Shown: positions 36,817 through 51,130, counted from the stretch's first letter. The stretch: 64,000 bases of DNA from Selaginella moellendorffii (GCF_000143415.4 NW_003314293.1:1260431-1324430), one strand, 5' to 3'. Notes: generated by a model from the letters alone, not told the origin. Program-made: numbers and translations.

Positions 36817-39800
36817 GTGTAGAGGACGGAGTAATCTGGCTGGAGTTTTCTATAAAGTTTGGAGGTGGTCGCTCGGTCGCTCGCAATTAAATGTTTGTGT
36901 GCTTGTTGTGTATATATGTAAGTTGCGCTTCGCGGCTTTTTCAAATAAGCGCATCTTGGGCGAATATCCGGACCAGTTTAAATACTTAAAAGAGGGAGGC
37001 TTGTCTGGCATTTTTGTGTATACATTGTATCCGTCCCAATTCTGAGAGCTTAGAAAAATCTATGGCTGCTCCAGTGTGTTGGACATTCACCTGGTAAGGC
37101 CCACGAAATTTTAGTATAATTTTAACAAACTCGAGAGATTCTAGACAATCAAAAATGTTTGATGGTAGGCATGTTATGGTTGAGGATTTTTATGGAAGCC
37201 TATTTATATATAAAGCGGAGGCAACTTTAAGCCCTCGGGGCAAAACAAAGAAGAACACGCCACCTTTTTAATTTCAAGGCTAATGTCATCTCCTCGGTAA
37301 GACCTTAAATTCAAAGCTGGGCATCCTCTCCTATTTGCTCGTACCGACTCGATCGAAGCTCTTTCATTATGAATCTAATATTTAAACGTAGTCGCAACCC
37401 GCAGAGTGCACAGAGAAAGAGCTGTACTGAGCACTGCAACTGTGATTTTGGAGAAAGCATCAACCCAGCGAGATCGATCGATTGCCGGGCTTGACTTCAG
37501 AATCCGTTTGCTGGAAAGCAAGCAGTGAATAATACGAGCCGCAAAAGAAGGTTACAGAGATGATCAAAGTCCACATTATTGACGGACTATGTGTGGACAA
37601 ACAAACAATAGACTAGTAGCGCGCGAGGCGTTTGTGTCTTCGAAACCCACAACATCCTGGGACCTTGTAAACAAAGAAATTGCGTTTGGTTTGTGCAATA
37701 ATAGGAGGGTCCCAAGGGCTTTTGTTTTTTGTCCTCCAAAGTCTAGCCACACTCAATCATGCAAATGCTGGTCCCTGCGCCCTTGCGCTAAACCCTCGCG
37801 CTAAACAAAGGGTTTAAGGATTCGCCAAGCATGCGGTTTAGGAATTTGTTTGATTCCCCGCAAATAATCACCTGGACACGTGGCAGTCAAAGTTTAGTCC
37901 CTGGTAAAAAAGGGTAAAAGCAGCCACCTCTCTGCCATTGAGTGTATGTGAGTGTGGTCACTTTGGTGGACTTTTGACTCCATTCTCGCCAGTTCTTTAC
38001 TATATTAAAACCCCCTGCCATCTTTTTTTACAGGATCTTGGAAAACTCCGGAAGTTACCTCCCAGGAAAAAAGATGTGGTCATTCGACAGGTGTCGGTGT
38101 ACGTAACTGGAACAGGTGTCGCTCGACGACGGCGCAGGTACGTTTGGCCCAGACCTAGCCGCCGAGGCAATTTATGTGGACTGGCTGGTGCTGGTGGCAG
38201 CAGCAGCGACGTGACGTCCACGCCGCAGGGAAGAAGGCATTGCCCGTCAACTCAAGAAATTTAAGACATGGAAATCTAGGGCTACATTCTTTCCCTTCTT
38301 TAACGGCGGCTAGGCTTACGTGTGGCCTGACACTGACGGCCGGACGGCCTGGGGTGAAGTTTACCTGACTGACTGACGCACCGGCCTTGAGGGGCGTGCC
38401 CGTCAGGTGGGCTGAAACGTGTCCCCCGGGGCCGGGGTAGGTCCGGACTCTGAATAGCAGGTCCGGCAGGAGAATATCCCCACGGTTGCATGATTGGGGT
38501 TGGGGATATTCCAGTTCTCCTGTGACACTCAAAATTCTTTGTTGTTGCTTTTTTTTTTTTTGTGAGGAAGGACTTGTGTGTGTGTGGCGTGGGGGTAAAA
38601 AACAAAACGAGCGACTCGCCACCTGCTAGATCGACACTCGTCCTCGTCAAAGCGAGGGCGTTTTTTCCTTTTTTTCCTGGGATTGTATGGTTGCCATTTG
38701 GTTTCCGTGGGGTATTTGGAGAGAATGAACCTTAAAAAGCCGAAGGTGTAGAAATCCGATTTCCCAGAAAGAAAGAAAGAAAGCTTGTGCCAAAGGTGGC
38801 GGAGGTGGGGCCTTTACCCTAATAGATCGAGGAGAGTGCAGCAGTAACGAAGCTTTCAACCCATCCCCAATAATGCACGTAGCTTGTGTGGGCTCGCAAG
38901 CAACACTGGATGGATATATCATTGTCTCGGCAATTGTTGTGTGGCCTACAAAGTCGAGGACTTTGGGGGGTGTATGAGTGCTTGGAAAATCTTGGCACCC
39001 TAACGTCCCCATCGCATGCATTATTGATAGAGTGAGTCCTCCCGGCATTATGGACGATTTTAGCCCTAATTTCTCCATCTTTTTCATCGAAAACTTGAGT
39101 GGTCCGTCCAACCCCCAGGCCCCGCGATCAATCGTTGCTTGTCTCGTTCCTCTCTTGGATCAATCCTTGTCCTCGCTGCCACGAGATCTCTCGAAATCTC
39201 TCTAGTCATTGAATGGTGGCGAGGAAAAGGAGCAACGAGAAACTATATTATTGTCACTCGAAATCTTTGGGAATGTGGACGAGGCCCATTCAGACTTTAA
39301 AGGCATGAGAGAATTGAAATGCTTGCCTTTTTTCTTTTGCAGAAGAATACGCTTTGTGGAGATACATGAATAAAGCCCAGTCCATACAAAATGTGCCAGC
39401 GATAACTACGCGATCGTCACTAGGGTGACAAGCAACCTCAGCACGCAAAAGGCCACTGTGTCTAGGGCCTTGTATCTCACGAAAAAGAATAGAAAACATT
39501 ATAGCAGAAATCCCCAACGAAAAAGGAAAAGCAAGGAGAGGACGCGTAAGTGCACGGAGAAAAAAAGGAGGAAAAGCGCTAAATCATTTTTAAAAAAATT
39601 GAGTATGGATCGTATGGTTCGTGAAATTCGACACCCGGCCAAAATTCAAACGCAAGAATATGCCAGAACTATTCTCCGCGTGGCAACCGTTGGATGTGTC
39701 ACATCCCACGGTGCCTTGCCCGCCACGTTGCAGGCCCTCGTTATTTTAAGTCGGTTGTGTGTGTGGGTGTGCGTGTAAGACCCTGTCCTTGGAGTGGTCA

Positions 39801-40239
39801 GTGTAAAGCCAACACGAGAGGTCCGTTGTTCCGGAACGGGGGTGGAAGAGAGGAAGTTCTCCACAGTGGCGGCTTGAGAGGCTTGAAAGCGGGTGAAAAT
39901 AGGCTAGAAAATTCGCAATCTACTGTGGCTTTGAGTGGAAGAAGCGCTCCTCTAGGGTTTCTTTTCCTTATTTTTTTTCTCGGCTGCCCGTTGTTCTTCG
40001 TGCCAGGCGCCGTTTGCGAGGCGATCGAGCGCTGCCGGACGAAGTATTGCATCATCGCAACAGCAAACCGCTCCAGGCATCGCCGATCGAGTGAAAAAGA
40101 AGCATCGCGAGGGCGTAATATCTGTTTTCTCCTCCCTCGTCCTCTTCTGCCCTGTTGCCGTGTGATTCTCGGTGGGAGCGGCTCAGTGGGGGAAATTTTC
40201 CTTTTCTCCAGTGTCTCGATCCCAGTGCCGCCGCTTGTT

Positions 40240-41052
40240 CTATAAATCCGAGGGCCGATCCCTTCTCTGGGCATTGCCGGTGCTGATCGATCGCCGCCGC
40301 CTCATGCAGCAGAGGTAAGGCGATTTCCCTCCCTTGCCTTTTCTTTGTTCTTGCGGGTCAATCAATGTGTGCGTGGAGCTGGATTGGCTTGGCTGACCTG
40401 CATTTGTGGCATTCGATTGATTCCCTGCTGCTTGCGCCGTGAATTTTGGGGGCTGCGCTGCGTGTGTCGACTCCTCCCTTCTCTGGCATTTCGAGCGCGT
40501 CGATAGATCCAATGGAATGTATCTTGTTCTTATTTTTCTTCCATAATCTCCGGGGGGCTGTGTGTGGTCGCCTACTGCGATTCGATTGTTTCTTTCGTCT
40601 CTCCTAACCGGATGCCTGGAAAATTCTTTGTGTAGGCCGACGGAGTGCAAGGACCCCGCGAGCTCGTGAAATTGTGTCGCCAAGAAAAGGTCTACGCTCT
40701 CTCCCTCCTCTATTCTCTGTGTAGTTGTCAAGGGATCACTGTTCTATCACTTTTCTGTTCCTGATATATTGCAATGCTGTGAGTGAGTGAGCTCTCTGCA
40801 AATTCCTGCGTCGGGTCGTGCGCGTGGTCATGGCTTTTGTTTGTGGATTGAAACCTTTTTTTTTCTTGGCGGGAGAGCAAAGGTGCGAGCATAATTAGCT
40901 AGCGCATTAATGTTTGCAAAAGAGTCGCTTCTTTGGCGATGTGTTCGAGAGCGAGAGAGACACAGAGAGAGAGAGAGAGAGAGAGGAGGGGGGAGGAAGC
41001 TCCATTTTTACAATGTTATAGCTATTGACTTTGGGTTGATCGATTTTTGCAG
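40240..41052 (+). promoter_or_regulatory. Putative TATA box (TATAAAT at ~40241), leader exon and long 5'-UTR intron (40315-41052) of TPP
   Basis: TATAAAT, then AG|GTAAGG donor at 40315 and TTTTTGCAG acceptor at 41052. Confidence 0.5.
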
Positions 41053-41275
41053 CACAGCGGCAGCAGCTGGAACTTAGCTAAGGCGGGGCAGGCAGGCCGA
41101 ATTTGACTAAAACTCTTTTTTTACTCGGCGCTTCGTATCGCTCCTCCCCGTATCTCGAGTCTTCACGTGCTGCATCAAAGGGGGGCTCGTGGAAAGAGCC
41201 GTTCTAGAAACTTTGGTGATCGCTTTGGCTTGCAACTTGCAAGGCTTTGGACCAACCAGAGAGGATCTCATCCTG

Positions 41276-43463
41276 ATGGCCGTCAGCTCCAAGCGCAGCA
41301 ACGCAATGCTCGCGGATCCCGGTGCGGCCTTCACCTCCAAGTTCTCGGACATGCCAGACTCGTCGCTCTCGCTACTGGGTTCCAGCTCCAGCCTCTTCCC
41401 GTATTGCAGCAGCTCGGCTCCCTTCGCGGCCGCGCAGCAGAGAATTGGTGGATGCCGGTACGAGAACGGGAGGATCAGCAGCTGGATCGAAGCGATGCGT
41501 GCGTCCTCGCCTTCTCGAGGCGCGCCGGTCAAGGATGAGCAGAGCAACAACGTCAATAGCAGCAGCAACAGCAGCAGCAGCAGCAGCAGCAACATCAGCA
41601 GCAGCAATCACTTGAAGCACGTCACCGCCGAGAGCCCATACGCCGAGTGGCTGGTTAGTAGACTAACGAGTGCAAGTCTTTGCGTCTTTTTCCATATTTC
41701 TTGTGTTTATGGGGGGATACATACACAGTGCATTGACATTGAATTTGTTTGTATTCCAGGAAGGCCATCCCTCCGCCCTGGACTCTTTTGGCAACATGAT
41801 GGAGGGAGCAAAAAAGAAAAAGGTTGCTATTTTCTTGGATTACGACGGTACACTGTCTCCAATCGTTGAGAATCCGGAGCAGGCGTTCATGTCGGACGAG
41901 GTGAATATTTTTTGGTGGTGTTGGGAGACTGACTTTGCTCCCTACTTGATACGCAGATGCGAGCGGCTGTGAAGCAGGTTGCGCTGCGCTTTCCAACTGC
42001 AATAATAAGCGGAAGGGGAAGAGACAAGGTAGCTTTTGCTCTTGCTTGGCGTGGTGGTGTGTTCTTCCCAGCTTGATTTTTCCCCCTTGTTTCTTTTGGT
42101 TTTTTTTTTTTCTTCTTCTTAGTTCTTTTTTTTTCCTCACTGATTTTCGGGACACAAATACGTGCAGGTTAAAAATTTTGTGCAACTCTCTGAGCTCTAT
42201 TATGCAGGTAGTCATGGCATGGACATTATGGGTCCAGCCGATGCCTGCGATGGAGTCACAGTTGAGGGAACGCGAGGCAAAGATGAGAATGTTTGTACCT
42301 CCATACTCTTCACTATTTTGTTCTCGCTTCGACTTTGCTCTCGGGTGTGTAATGTGGCTTTTCTTTTGTCCGTGTTACAGGGGAATGATGTCGTTTTGTT
42401 TCAACCCGCGGCCGAGTTCCTGCCGATGATGAACGAGGTATACTCCCTGCTTCCAAAAACTTGACTCCTGTGCTGTTTTGCGTTGCCACGACTTTTATGT
42501 ACTGAGCTCATAAGTACTGTGCCAAAAAAAAAAGACCTTTGAATGTTCGGACTCGACTGATGAACTGTTTGTTCGCCTGTCTCAGGTGTTTGGCCTCTTG
42601 TTGGAGAGGACACAAGCAATTCAAGGGGCAAGCGTGGAGAACAACACCTTCTGCATTACAATTCACTTCCGGAGAGTCGAAGAAAAGGTACCATATTTTT
42701 TTAAAAATTATTTTCCTGTTTGGGGTTTCGAGTGTTGACCGTGCCTGTGGAAGCAGAGCTGGCACCTGTTGGCAGAGAAAGTGCAGGATGTCTTGAAAGA
42801 CTACCCAAAGCTGCGGCTGACTCAGGGCCGTAAGGTATGTGGCTTTGCCGTCGTTGACCCGTCGCCTCATTGTACGCTCGCTGTGATGCAGGTGCTAGAG
42901 GTTCGGCCTTGCGTAGAGTGGGACAAGGGCAAGGCGGTCGAATATCTGCTTCGCTTGTTAGGTACTCCATTTTGTTTGCAAGGCGGAGATTTTTGTACTG
43001 ACCGGAGGCTAATCTCTGCTTGTGCCTTCCGGCTCACAGGACTCGAGGACTCTGATTCTTTACCAATATACGTTGGCGATGATACGACTGATGAAGACGC
43101 GTTTAATGTGAGCCTTCCTTCTTTCTCTCCCTCCACCACAAGTTTTTTGCGTCAAACCTTGTGAAGTTCCTTCCCAAGAGCTGTGTAAGGACTAACGTCG
43201 CTCTCTTTGTCTGTTTGGCGCGTGTGAAGGTTTTTAAGAACCGTAAGATTGGATGTGGTGTGCTAGTCACCCGCGGGCCAAAGGCTACGAGCGCGTCGTA
43301 TTCGCTTCGTGATCCACCCGAGGTAAGACTTTCTGGTGAAAGTGAAGACTCCTCCTGACTCTGGCGGTGTTATTTTTCTTCGCAGGTGATGAAGTTCCTC
43401 CATGCTCTGGTTAATTGGAGCTCATCTCCATCTACTACTACTACTACTTCTACGACCCAGTAA
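41276..43463 (+). CDS. TPP: Trehalose-6-phosphate phosphatase (HAD family), ~11 exons
   Basis: [82 protein letters not shown]. Confidence 0.95.
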
Positions 43464-44089
43464 CGAGGGGGGGAGAGGAGCTCCAGTGTCTCTTGCTCGC
43501 GCGAGCGCCGCATCAAAGTCGTCGTAGCATCGCATCGAATCGGATCGATGATGCTCTCTCTCCTTACGGATCGTTCCAGGTACTGCTCTTAAGAACCGGT
43601 TTAGTGTCACCACCATAACGCGACGAGACGAAACAAGCTGTACAGTGAGTAATTGTCAAGCCAGCAGCGGAGAAAGGATTCTTTTCCTTCTTGTTCGACG
43701 AGTGAGGAGATTTTATGGGCCGAGAAATCGAAGATGGTCCCATTTTCAGAGATGAAAAAAAAAAAAAAGAAGAAAAGAACTGCTGCTTAAATTTGTCTTG
43801 GAATTAATGCAATCGTTGAGAATGAGATTGTCTTGGAAGTTTTTTGTTGATAAGAGGAGGCTGTCTTAAACTTGCTATATTTAAAATATAACAAAAAAAA
43901 ATTGGTTTGTTCTACCATATATGCAATAAGACTAATCTTGTGTTTATAATTATAAATTTCTAATTGATCAATTGGATTAATAATGCTATTATTAAGCATT
44001 GCTGGGAGTTTTTATACAATGCCAATCGTTTGACAAGGTCTGTGATTGTCCACGAGAAAAAGCAAAGGAACTTTGTGTGGTTTCTCGAG

Positions 44090-44938
44090 TTATATGTAAC
44101 AAGCCAGCCTCTCTTTCACTCTCTTGACCACGCCCTTGGGCTCGTACTCTTCCGGAAGCTCGCCAATGACGATCATGTTTTGGACGCGATCCACGATCTC
44201 GGCGAGCCTTCGCTTCTTGTCCTCCTCGATCTCGGCCTTCACCTATGGAAGAAGAAGAAGAAGACGCGATCAAATCGAAGAAAAACCAGACCAATCTTGT
44301 GACCTAGTATCGAGTTCTTAAAATCTAACGGGAGTATAAGCTTACCCGTTCGGCTCTGGTAAGAGCGTCGGCGATGGCTTTCTCCGTTTGCTCGTGCGCG
44401 TGTGATCTAATCTTGTGCGAGTCCTGGCGCGCCCTGGCGAGAAGCTTGTCCGCGCGGACCTGATCGATCCATCGTTAGAACTTAAAACTCCACGTAAACT
44501 TTACAAAAATGGTGAGGTAGCAAGAACAAGAAACCACGGCCATGGCGGAATCCAAGATCCAGCAAGAAAGCGAGCAGAATTCCACAAAGATCGCGCGCGC
44601 GCGCGGCGAAAGAATCGAAAGCCTCGGCCTACCTCGGCGGCGTGGACGACGTGATCCGCGCGCTGCTCCTCGCGCTTGCGACCCTCGAGGGCGCGCTGCT
44701 CCTCCTGCATCCGCTGCCGCTCCGCCTTGTCCTGCATCCTCTGCGCCCTGGCCTCGACCTTCCTGGTGGCGGCATCCAGATACGCTTGCGCCTCCGCCTC
44801 CACGCGGCCCCGGTGCGCCTCCGCGATGGCCTCGGCCCTCTGATTCACCGCCTTGGTGAGCGATGCCGCCGCCGGGCTAGCGCTGCCGCCATTCTGGAGG
44901 ATGAGCTGCCCGCCCGGGGGCGCGGCCGTGGGAGCCAT
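44090..44938 (-). CDS. Remorin-like coiled-coil protein, 3 exons
   Basis: Exons 44938-44632, 44459-44346 and 44243-44090 splice in frame; A/E/R/K-rich coiled coil ending IGELPEEYEPKGVVKRVKERLACYI*. Confidence 0.6.
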
Positions 44939-47064
44939 CGCCAGGATCTTCTTGTTCCCCCCCAAGGGTTTAAAGAAACGGATATTCTTTAATATCCGAC
45001 CGCCAAAATCTTTCAAATCAAACCTAAGGTTTTAAAGCATATGGCTTGCTAAGCATAGATTTGTTAGAAACAAATGGATAATTGAGAAATCTTTGATAGA
45101 ATTGACCCACGAACAGCACTAGATTTGGTCGACTTTGAAAAAAAGCGCAAAATAAAAGGCTCACTTTGACATCTTTCGGAGAGAAATCGCTGCCTTCTTT
45201 CAGGCACAAAGTCGTTATGTCAAACATAATTAAAGCCTTTGGATCGTATCAGAGCTCTCGCTTGTCAAAGTCTCAACTCCCAGTTGAGCCCCGGGAAAAA
45301 GAGAGCCATTCCAGGTACCGATTTCTCTCCATACCCGTATGAAATCCCTGGAGCAAGTGAAATTCTTCATCTCCACTGGAGAATCATTTACAAAACCCAA
45401 GATGGTACGCCCACAGTTTGATTCCACACCGAAAGAAAAAGGTTCTCATCAAAAGAACTTGGCTGGTTTTTGACATATTCGCTGTAATCTCCTTGTCCTG
45501 GATGGAGAATACACCGCTGTGAATCTGGAATCTGGATGGGTTTCCAAAACAATCATTGACATATTCCGATCTCCGGTTCTCCTTTTGATCCAGAAGAAGA
45601 TCAGAACTTCCAGTCCCGCGACTCAAACTTTGGTGGTGGTGATTGAGCTTTGGTGGTGGTGATTGATGTTGTATGCCTCTCGAAAAGATTGCAAGACAAA
45701 TGATAGAGCTTGCTTGCTCGCTCGTTTGATTCTATTCGCAACACTTCCTTTTTTCTCCTCACGCAAGTTGTTTCATAGCTGGTGAACATTAAATTGTGAA
45801 GAAAACATGCCGGCCAGACAGAGCGAAAGCTAAAAAGCCACATTGTTCTTCCCCCGTGCAAATCTTCCAATCCCAACAAATTGGTGTCGCAAGATCGCCA
45901 AAGAAACGATCACGATCGATGAAGCGGGTTATACCACCACCTTACGGCGGCATCTTTTCCGTGCCCTGCCTGCCACTGGGGGCTTCGATATCGTACTCGT
46001 GATCTCGCGGGTACGGGAAAGAACTCCACCCATATGCAACCGCGATCAATCAGTTCTGGAACACTTCCATAAAACTTAAGCTTGAGTTTAGCTATGGAGA
46101 TAGATTATCTCGAAGTTTTCTCACGCCACGAAAGCTTCCAGGTTTCCAGAGAGGTAATTTCTCCCGACAACTGGGAACCTGCCCGGAAGCCTTTTGATCG
46201 TGTCTTGGCTTGTTTTTATCAGAGCAAACTTTGATAACTCGCTCGCTCACGCTCGCGACACACACTGATCCACGAATAAACAAGTCGTTTCTTTAAACAA
46301 GTCTTCTTTCTCTCTCGGGCCCTCTTTGCGGCCCAACAGCCGCTACAACGATCCAGCAACCATATACATATCTCGAGATTATTCTTTATATTCCCTCGAG
46401 GAATAATCTTCTCGGCTCCCTGACGAAACAACCAGTGACGCGTTGTTTACAACTGCCTGTGACGCTTGGGCCATTTGCCTCGATCGTTTTCTATGGTTTT
46501 GGCTTTTGTTGGTATACGAGTTGATCGACGTATCGATCGCCCAAATGCGAAGATCATCCATTCCTTCCATCCAGATAGAGATGGCGGCTTTGAAAAATCC
46601 AAGTCAATTAGCCGAAACCCAGGACGTGGAGTTAACATCACGTAGGATCTTTGGGACCTTTTGGAAACATCGGCTTTGGTTTTGGCGTGGTTTTCTTCTT
46701 CGCTCCAAAGTCAGAGTCTGTGCCAAGATATTCGTACGGATGGCGCGTGTGTACGGATAACTGTTATTCCCCTGCGTTGGATCCGGCCAGCCGACGGTCC
46801 AGATGCGTCGCCCCGGGCTTGAAAAGCTCTCCCGGTTTGGCTGGAGCGCTGGCATTGATAGAGCTTTGATCGAATCGAGCAATCGCTCCTCTTTTATCTT
46901 TTTCTTAATTTTTTTCTTCTTCTCCCGATCAAGTCGCCGCGGATCATTTTCCCTGACCAGTTCGCTCGCTCCGCCCCGGGAAAATGTGACCAACAGGAGG
47001 AAGAAGAAGAAAAAGAGATTGATTAGGTCTGTAGCGCCGCGATCGCCGATCGATCGACTAGGAA

Positions 47065-49590
47065 ATGTCCCAAGAGGATGAAGCCCAATGTGACAGTTTG
47101 AAACGATCGCCGCCACGGCCACCACCACCACCGCTAGCGCCACTGCCAGAGAATTCCTCCAGCGCCACCACCACCACCACCGCGCACGGCTACCCAATTG
47201 ACCAATTCCTCCAGCAGCACGAGATTGTCCGATCGAGCGCCACCACTCCCCTGCGATTGCTACTCTCGCGACTCCGGTGGGGGATCATCAGGCCACCATT
47301 CCCCGCCAGCGCCTTCTCGATCGATGGCGATGAGGAGGAGAGGATCAAGAGGAGCAGTAGCAAGGAGAGAGGAAGATCATACGTGCTGCTGCCACGGTGG
47401 ATTTCCAGCCGCCTCACCTTCTACCGCCTCCACCTCGCGTACTTCGTCACCATCGCCTGGGTCGCATCGATCTGCCTGTGGCTTTTCCCCAAGAGCGATC
47501 GCGCCGGGGCGGACAAGCTGGCCTTCATCGACTGCGTCTACAATGCCGTGTCCTCGGTGTGTACCACGGGCCTCATCAGCGTCCGGATGACCAGCTTCTC
47601 GCTGCCGGACAACATCCTCATCATGATCCTCTTCACGCTGGGCAGCCCGATCTTCACGTCGGTGCTGCCGCTCTACATCCGCCTCTTCCAGTTCCGCAAG
47701 AACATCGTGGAGATCGAGCACCACCTCGGGCAGCCCGAGGTGGCGGCGGCAGCGGAGCTGGAGTCCGAGGGCGAGCCCGAAGCCAAGTCCGAGATCGAGT
47801 CCGTGGTGTCCGAGATGGAGGCCGAGGTGGTGCCCGAGGTGGTCGGGCACCGGATCATCACGCGGCGGCGCTCCGCCAAGAACATCCACGCCGCCAACGC
47901 CGTGACCAAGCTCCGTGACGCGCTGGCCACCATGCGGCTGGAGCACGACGCGCTCGTCTCGCTCAATTGGGTCGTCTCGATCTACTTCGTGGTGTGGACG
48001 ATCCTGGGCTTCCTGGTGCTCGAGATCCTGCTCCAGTGCTCCGCTAAGGACATGGCGGTGCTGGAGCAAAGGTCTGTCAACCATCTCTTCTTCTCGCTCT
48101 TCGCATCAATCTCCACCTTCACGAACTCGGGGATATTGCCGCTCGACGATAGTATAGCCGCGTTCCGGGAGAACAACGGGATCCTTCTCTGGCTCTCGAT
48201 CTTGATCCTGGTCGGGAACACCCTCTTCGCGCCCTGCCTCCGCACCACCATCTGGTGCCTCAAATCGCTCAGCGCCACCCCGGCCAGGAGAGCGATCTAC
48301 GACTATCTTCTCAAGAATCCTCGGCGCTGCTTCACTCATCTCTTCCCCAGGAATCAAACCATCTGGCTCGTCGTCACCGTCATGGGATTCAATGCCTTCG
48401 AGAGCGCCTTCTTCTACATTCTCAGCTGGCGGTCGCAAGCGCTCGATGGCTTGACCACGCCGCAGAAGCTCGTCAACGGGATCTTCCAGTCCATCACAAC
48501 GCGCAGCGCCGGCGAGAACGTCGTCTCCATCTCCGCGCTCTCGCCATCCATGCTAGTCCTTTACATTGCCATGATGTGAGTGGAACTCTCTCCATTTCCC
48601 CTTTGTTTTGTTCCTTGCAGCAAATGCCCAAGGGTGGCATTTTTTTTTGTCTTTTGGGTCTTTTTTAACGCGACGCTTCTGGCTTTGCAGGTACATTGCG
48701 GTGTATCCCGTCTATCTCTCTCGCCAAAACTCGCAAGCCCAAGACGAGAGCGTGGAGAAAACTAGCAAAAAGATCCAAGACCACGGCAAAAAAAAGAAGA
48801 AGAAGAAGAAGGGTGATTTCTCCATAGCCAGCCAGTCCAAGCGGCTGATAGCTACCGACACGGCCTATCTCTTCATCTCGATCTTCGTGCTGTGCATCAT
48901 CGAGAACCGAAAGATCAACGATGATCCACTCAACTTTTCCATCTTCAACATCATCTTCGAGGTCATAAGGTGGGTAAAAAATTTAAAAAAACTTTTGGCA
49001 AACAAAGTTCGTGACTTCCTCTCTCACGGGAATTGGGAGCTCCACGGGCTTTGTTCTCTAGTGGCCACGCCTATTGAAAGCTCTGGTTCTCTATCTAACT
49101 CCTTTATCCTTTGTTTTTTCTCTTTTTTTCTCTGTGCAGTGCTTATGGCAACGTCGGTTTGTCACTGGGCTACAGTTGCTCGCTGTTGCGAAAGCTGACT
49201 TCGTTTAGCTCCGACACATCGTGTGAAGATGTGCCTTACAGTTTCTCTGGCACCTGGAGCGTCCCGGGCAAGCTCCTCATGATCGTCATCATGTTTCTCG
49301 GCAGGCACCGTGGGCTACCCGATAACATGGACTCTGCCTTGCAAATCCCAAAGAGTTTCTTCACCACCACCAAGCGCGACCAAAACTATCAGCACCACCA
49401 CGAAAATGGTATCAGCTTGGACCATCAACCCGTGGAGATCCACCCCGAGTACGTGGTGGAGATTCCGGCAGCCGTGGATTTCTCGGTCGTGGAGATTGAT
49501 GGCGATCAAGCTCGTCAGCAATGCTCTTGCGGGCCGGATCATCCCGACCGGTTGGAGCTTCAAAAGCTGGACCGGTTTCCAGTCGTGTGA
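47065..49590 (+). CDS. HKT: HKT/Trk-family cation transporter; exons 47065-48575, 48691-48969, 49140-49590
   Basis: Four pore loops [34 protein letters not shown]; [14 protein letters not shown]; [10 protein letters not shown]. Confidence 0.93.
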
Positions 49591-49885
49591 GGACTGCGAT
49601 GCGCCTCAATAATGGACACGACCGGCTGTTTGTGGATTTGAGGAGGTGAGGAGGACTCAACCAAGGGAGAAAGATGGCGACCAGGAAGGAAAGAAAGAAA
49701 AAAACAATTTTGCTTCGAAAGGATGGATGCTGTTCTTCCGGGACGCTTTCCTCGACTCCACAGCCCGTTGACGGCGACTTCCAACACTTGCAAGAAACTC
49801 TGCAGTGATAAGAAAGCCGGGACAAGTTGACGACTTTGAAGAGATGGTCAGTCGTAATAGTTTCTCTCGCTCACTTATATAAGCA

Positions 49886-49887
<2 letters not shown>

Positions 49888-49920
<33 letters not shown>
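49888..49920. repeat. (GA)n microsatellite
   Basis: Directly visible; another (GA)n at ~40963-40985. Confidence 0.9.
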
Positions 49921-49924
<4 letters not shown>

Positions 49925-51130
49925 TACAATTTGGGACAAGGGATCGAGAAAACTTCCTTCTTTTTTGGGCGCTTCTGGCCTGGCCTGCGTCTCTCGACAA
50001 AGACGTGTGCGTAACATGGCAGCAGGGCCCTTCCTTTCTATCTTTTCGGTGGCTCCAGTGGGATGGAGACGATGACTCGAAAGTGGACGAGTCACGACGT
50101 TGTCAAAATGTCTTGACAACGAAAAAAAGGACTTTTTTATAGATTTTTTACGTTTCTGGTTGCTACTGCTGCTCTACTGCTGCTACTGCTGCCGGAATCA
50201 CTAGAAATGCGTTTTGTGGTCTCGAAAACTCAAGAAAGCTTGGTGCCAGGAGAGTTATAGCCAGGTTGAGCGAGTACGGGAGAGACACCGAGGAACGTCC
50301 TAATCTATCGGGGGTCCCTTTGTTGACCACCGTCCAGAGCCGAAAAATCTCTAGTAGACATTGAAAAAAATAAAAAAATTCGTGAAGAAGCTTCACACAC
50401 AGAGACCACCTTCCATTTGGCTTGGAGCCTGGAAGTAGGACGTAGACACGAAAGGAAGAAGGTTGAGAGTGGAGCAGCGAGACGAGAACACGCAAATGCG
50501 AAGGAAGAAACAAACACATATCAGCGTGTACGGGCCGCACGAATTTCTTATGCTTGCCAAATGGATGGATTGGAAACAGGCACTATTTACACGCGGCTCT
50601 CCGCGCTACCTGAAAGTTCCTCCACAAAAAGGGAGAAAATTATAAAGCAGTAATTCAACTCCAACTTTGCCTCCAATGGCGGCTGTGCGTGGAAGTCAGT
50701 GCTCCAGGCTTTACGCAAGAGCAAACACCACGAACTCAACGTGTTTGAAGAACAAAATGATCGAATCGTTTTGTGCACGAGAGAAGAGTAAGAGCTATAT
50801 GGGAGCCTCAAGAGTTTAGACTTGAACACCCAAGTTGGAGGCTTTTGATCTTTCCGTTCTTCCACTGCTCACAAAGACAGTTGCAAAAAAAGTAGATCAC
50901 GTTTAAATTTTATTAAATAGAATTTTCCTTCTTTTATCTGCAAAAAGTCAAATTAAAAACAAAAATAGCAGTTTGACTGAAACCAGGTGCAAAACCAACA
51001 TTGGCCCAGATGGATTTTAGCTTGGGAGGGCTGCTGTTTCCCAAAGGTTGGTTTCTTCGCCACCTTTCGCAAGTTTGACATAGAGCAGTAGCGAGGGCGC
51101 GAAGAACCCTAGGTAAGTTTTTTGGTTTTC

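Noticed and set aside
37000-40240. Several 60-180 aa ORFs and a G-box (GACACGTGGC ~37875)
   Set aside because: No coherent exon structure or domain; a single motif is not enough; likely TPP upstream regulatory DNA.
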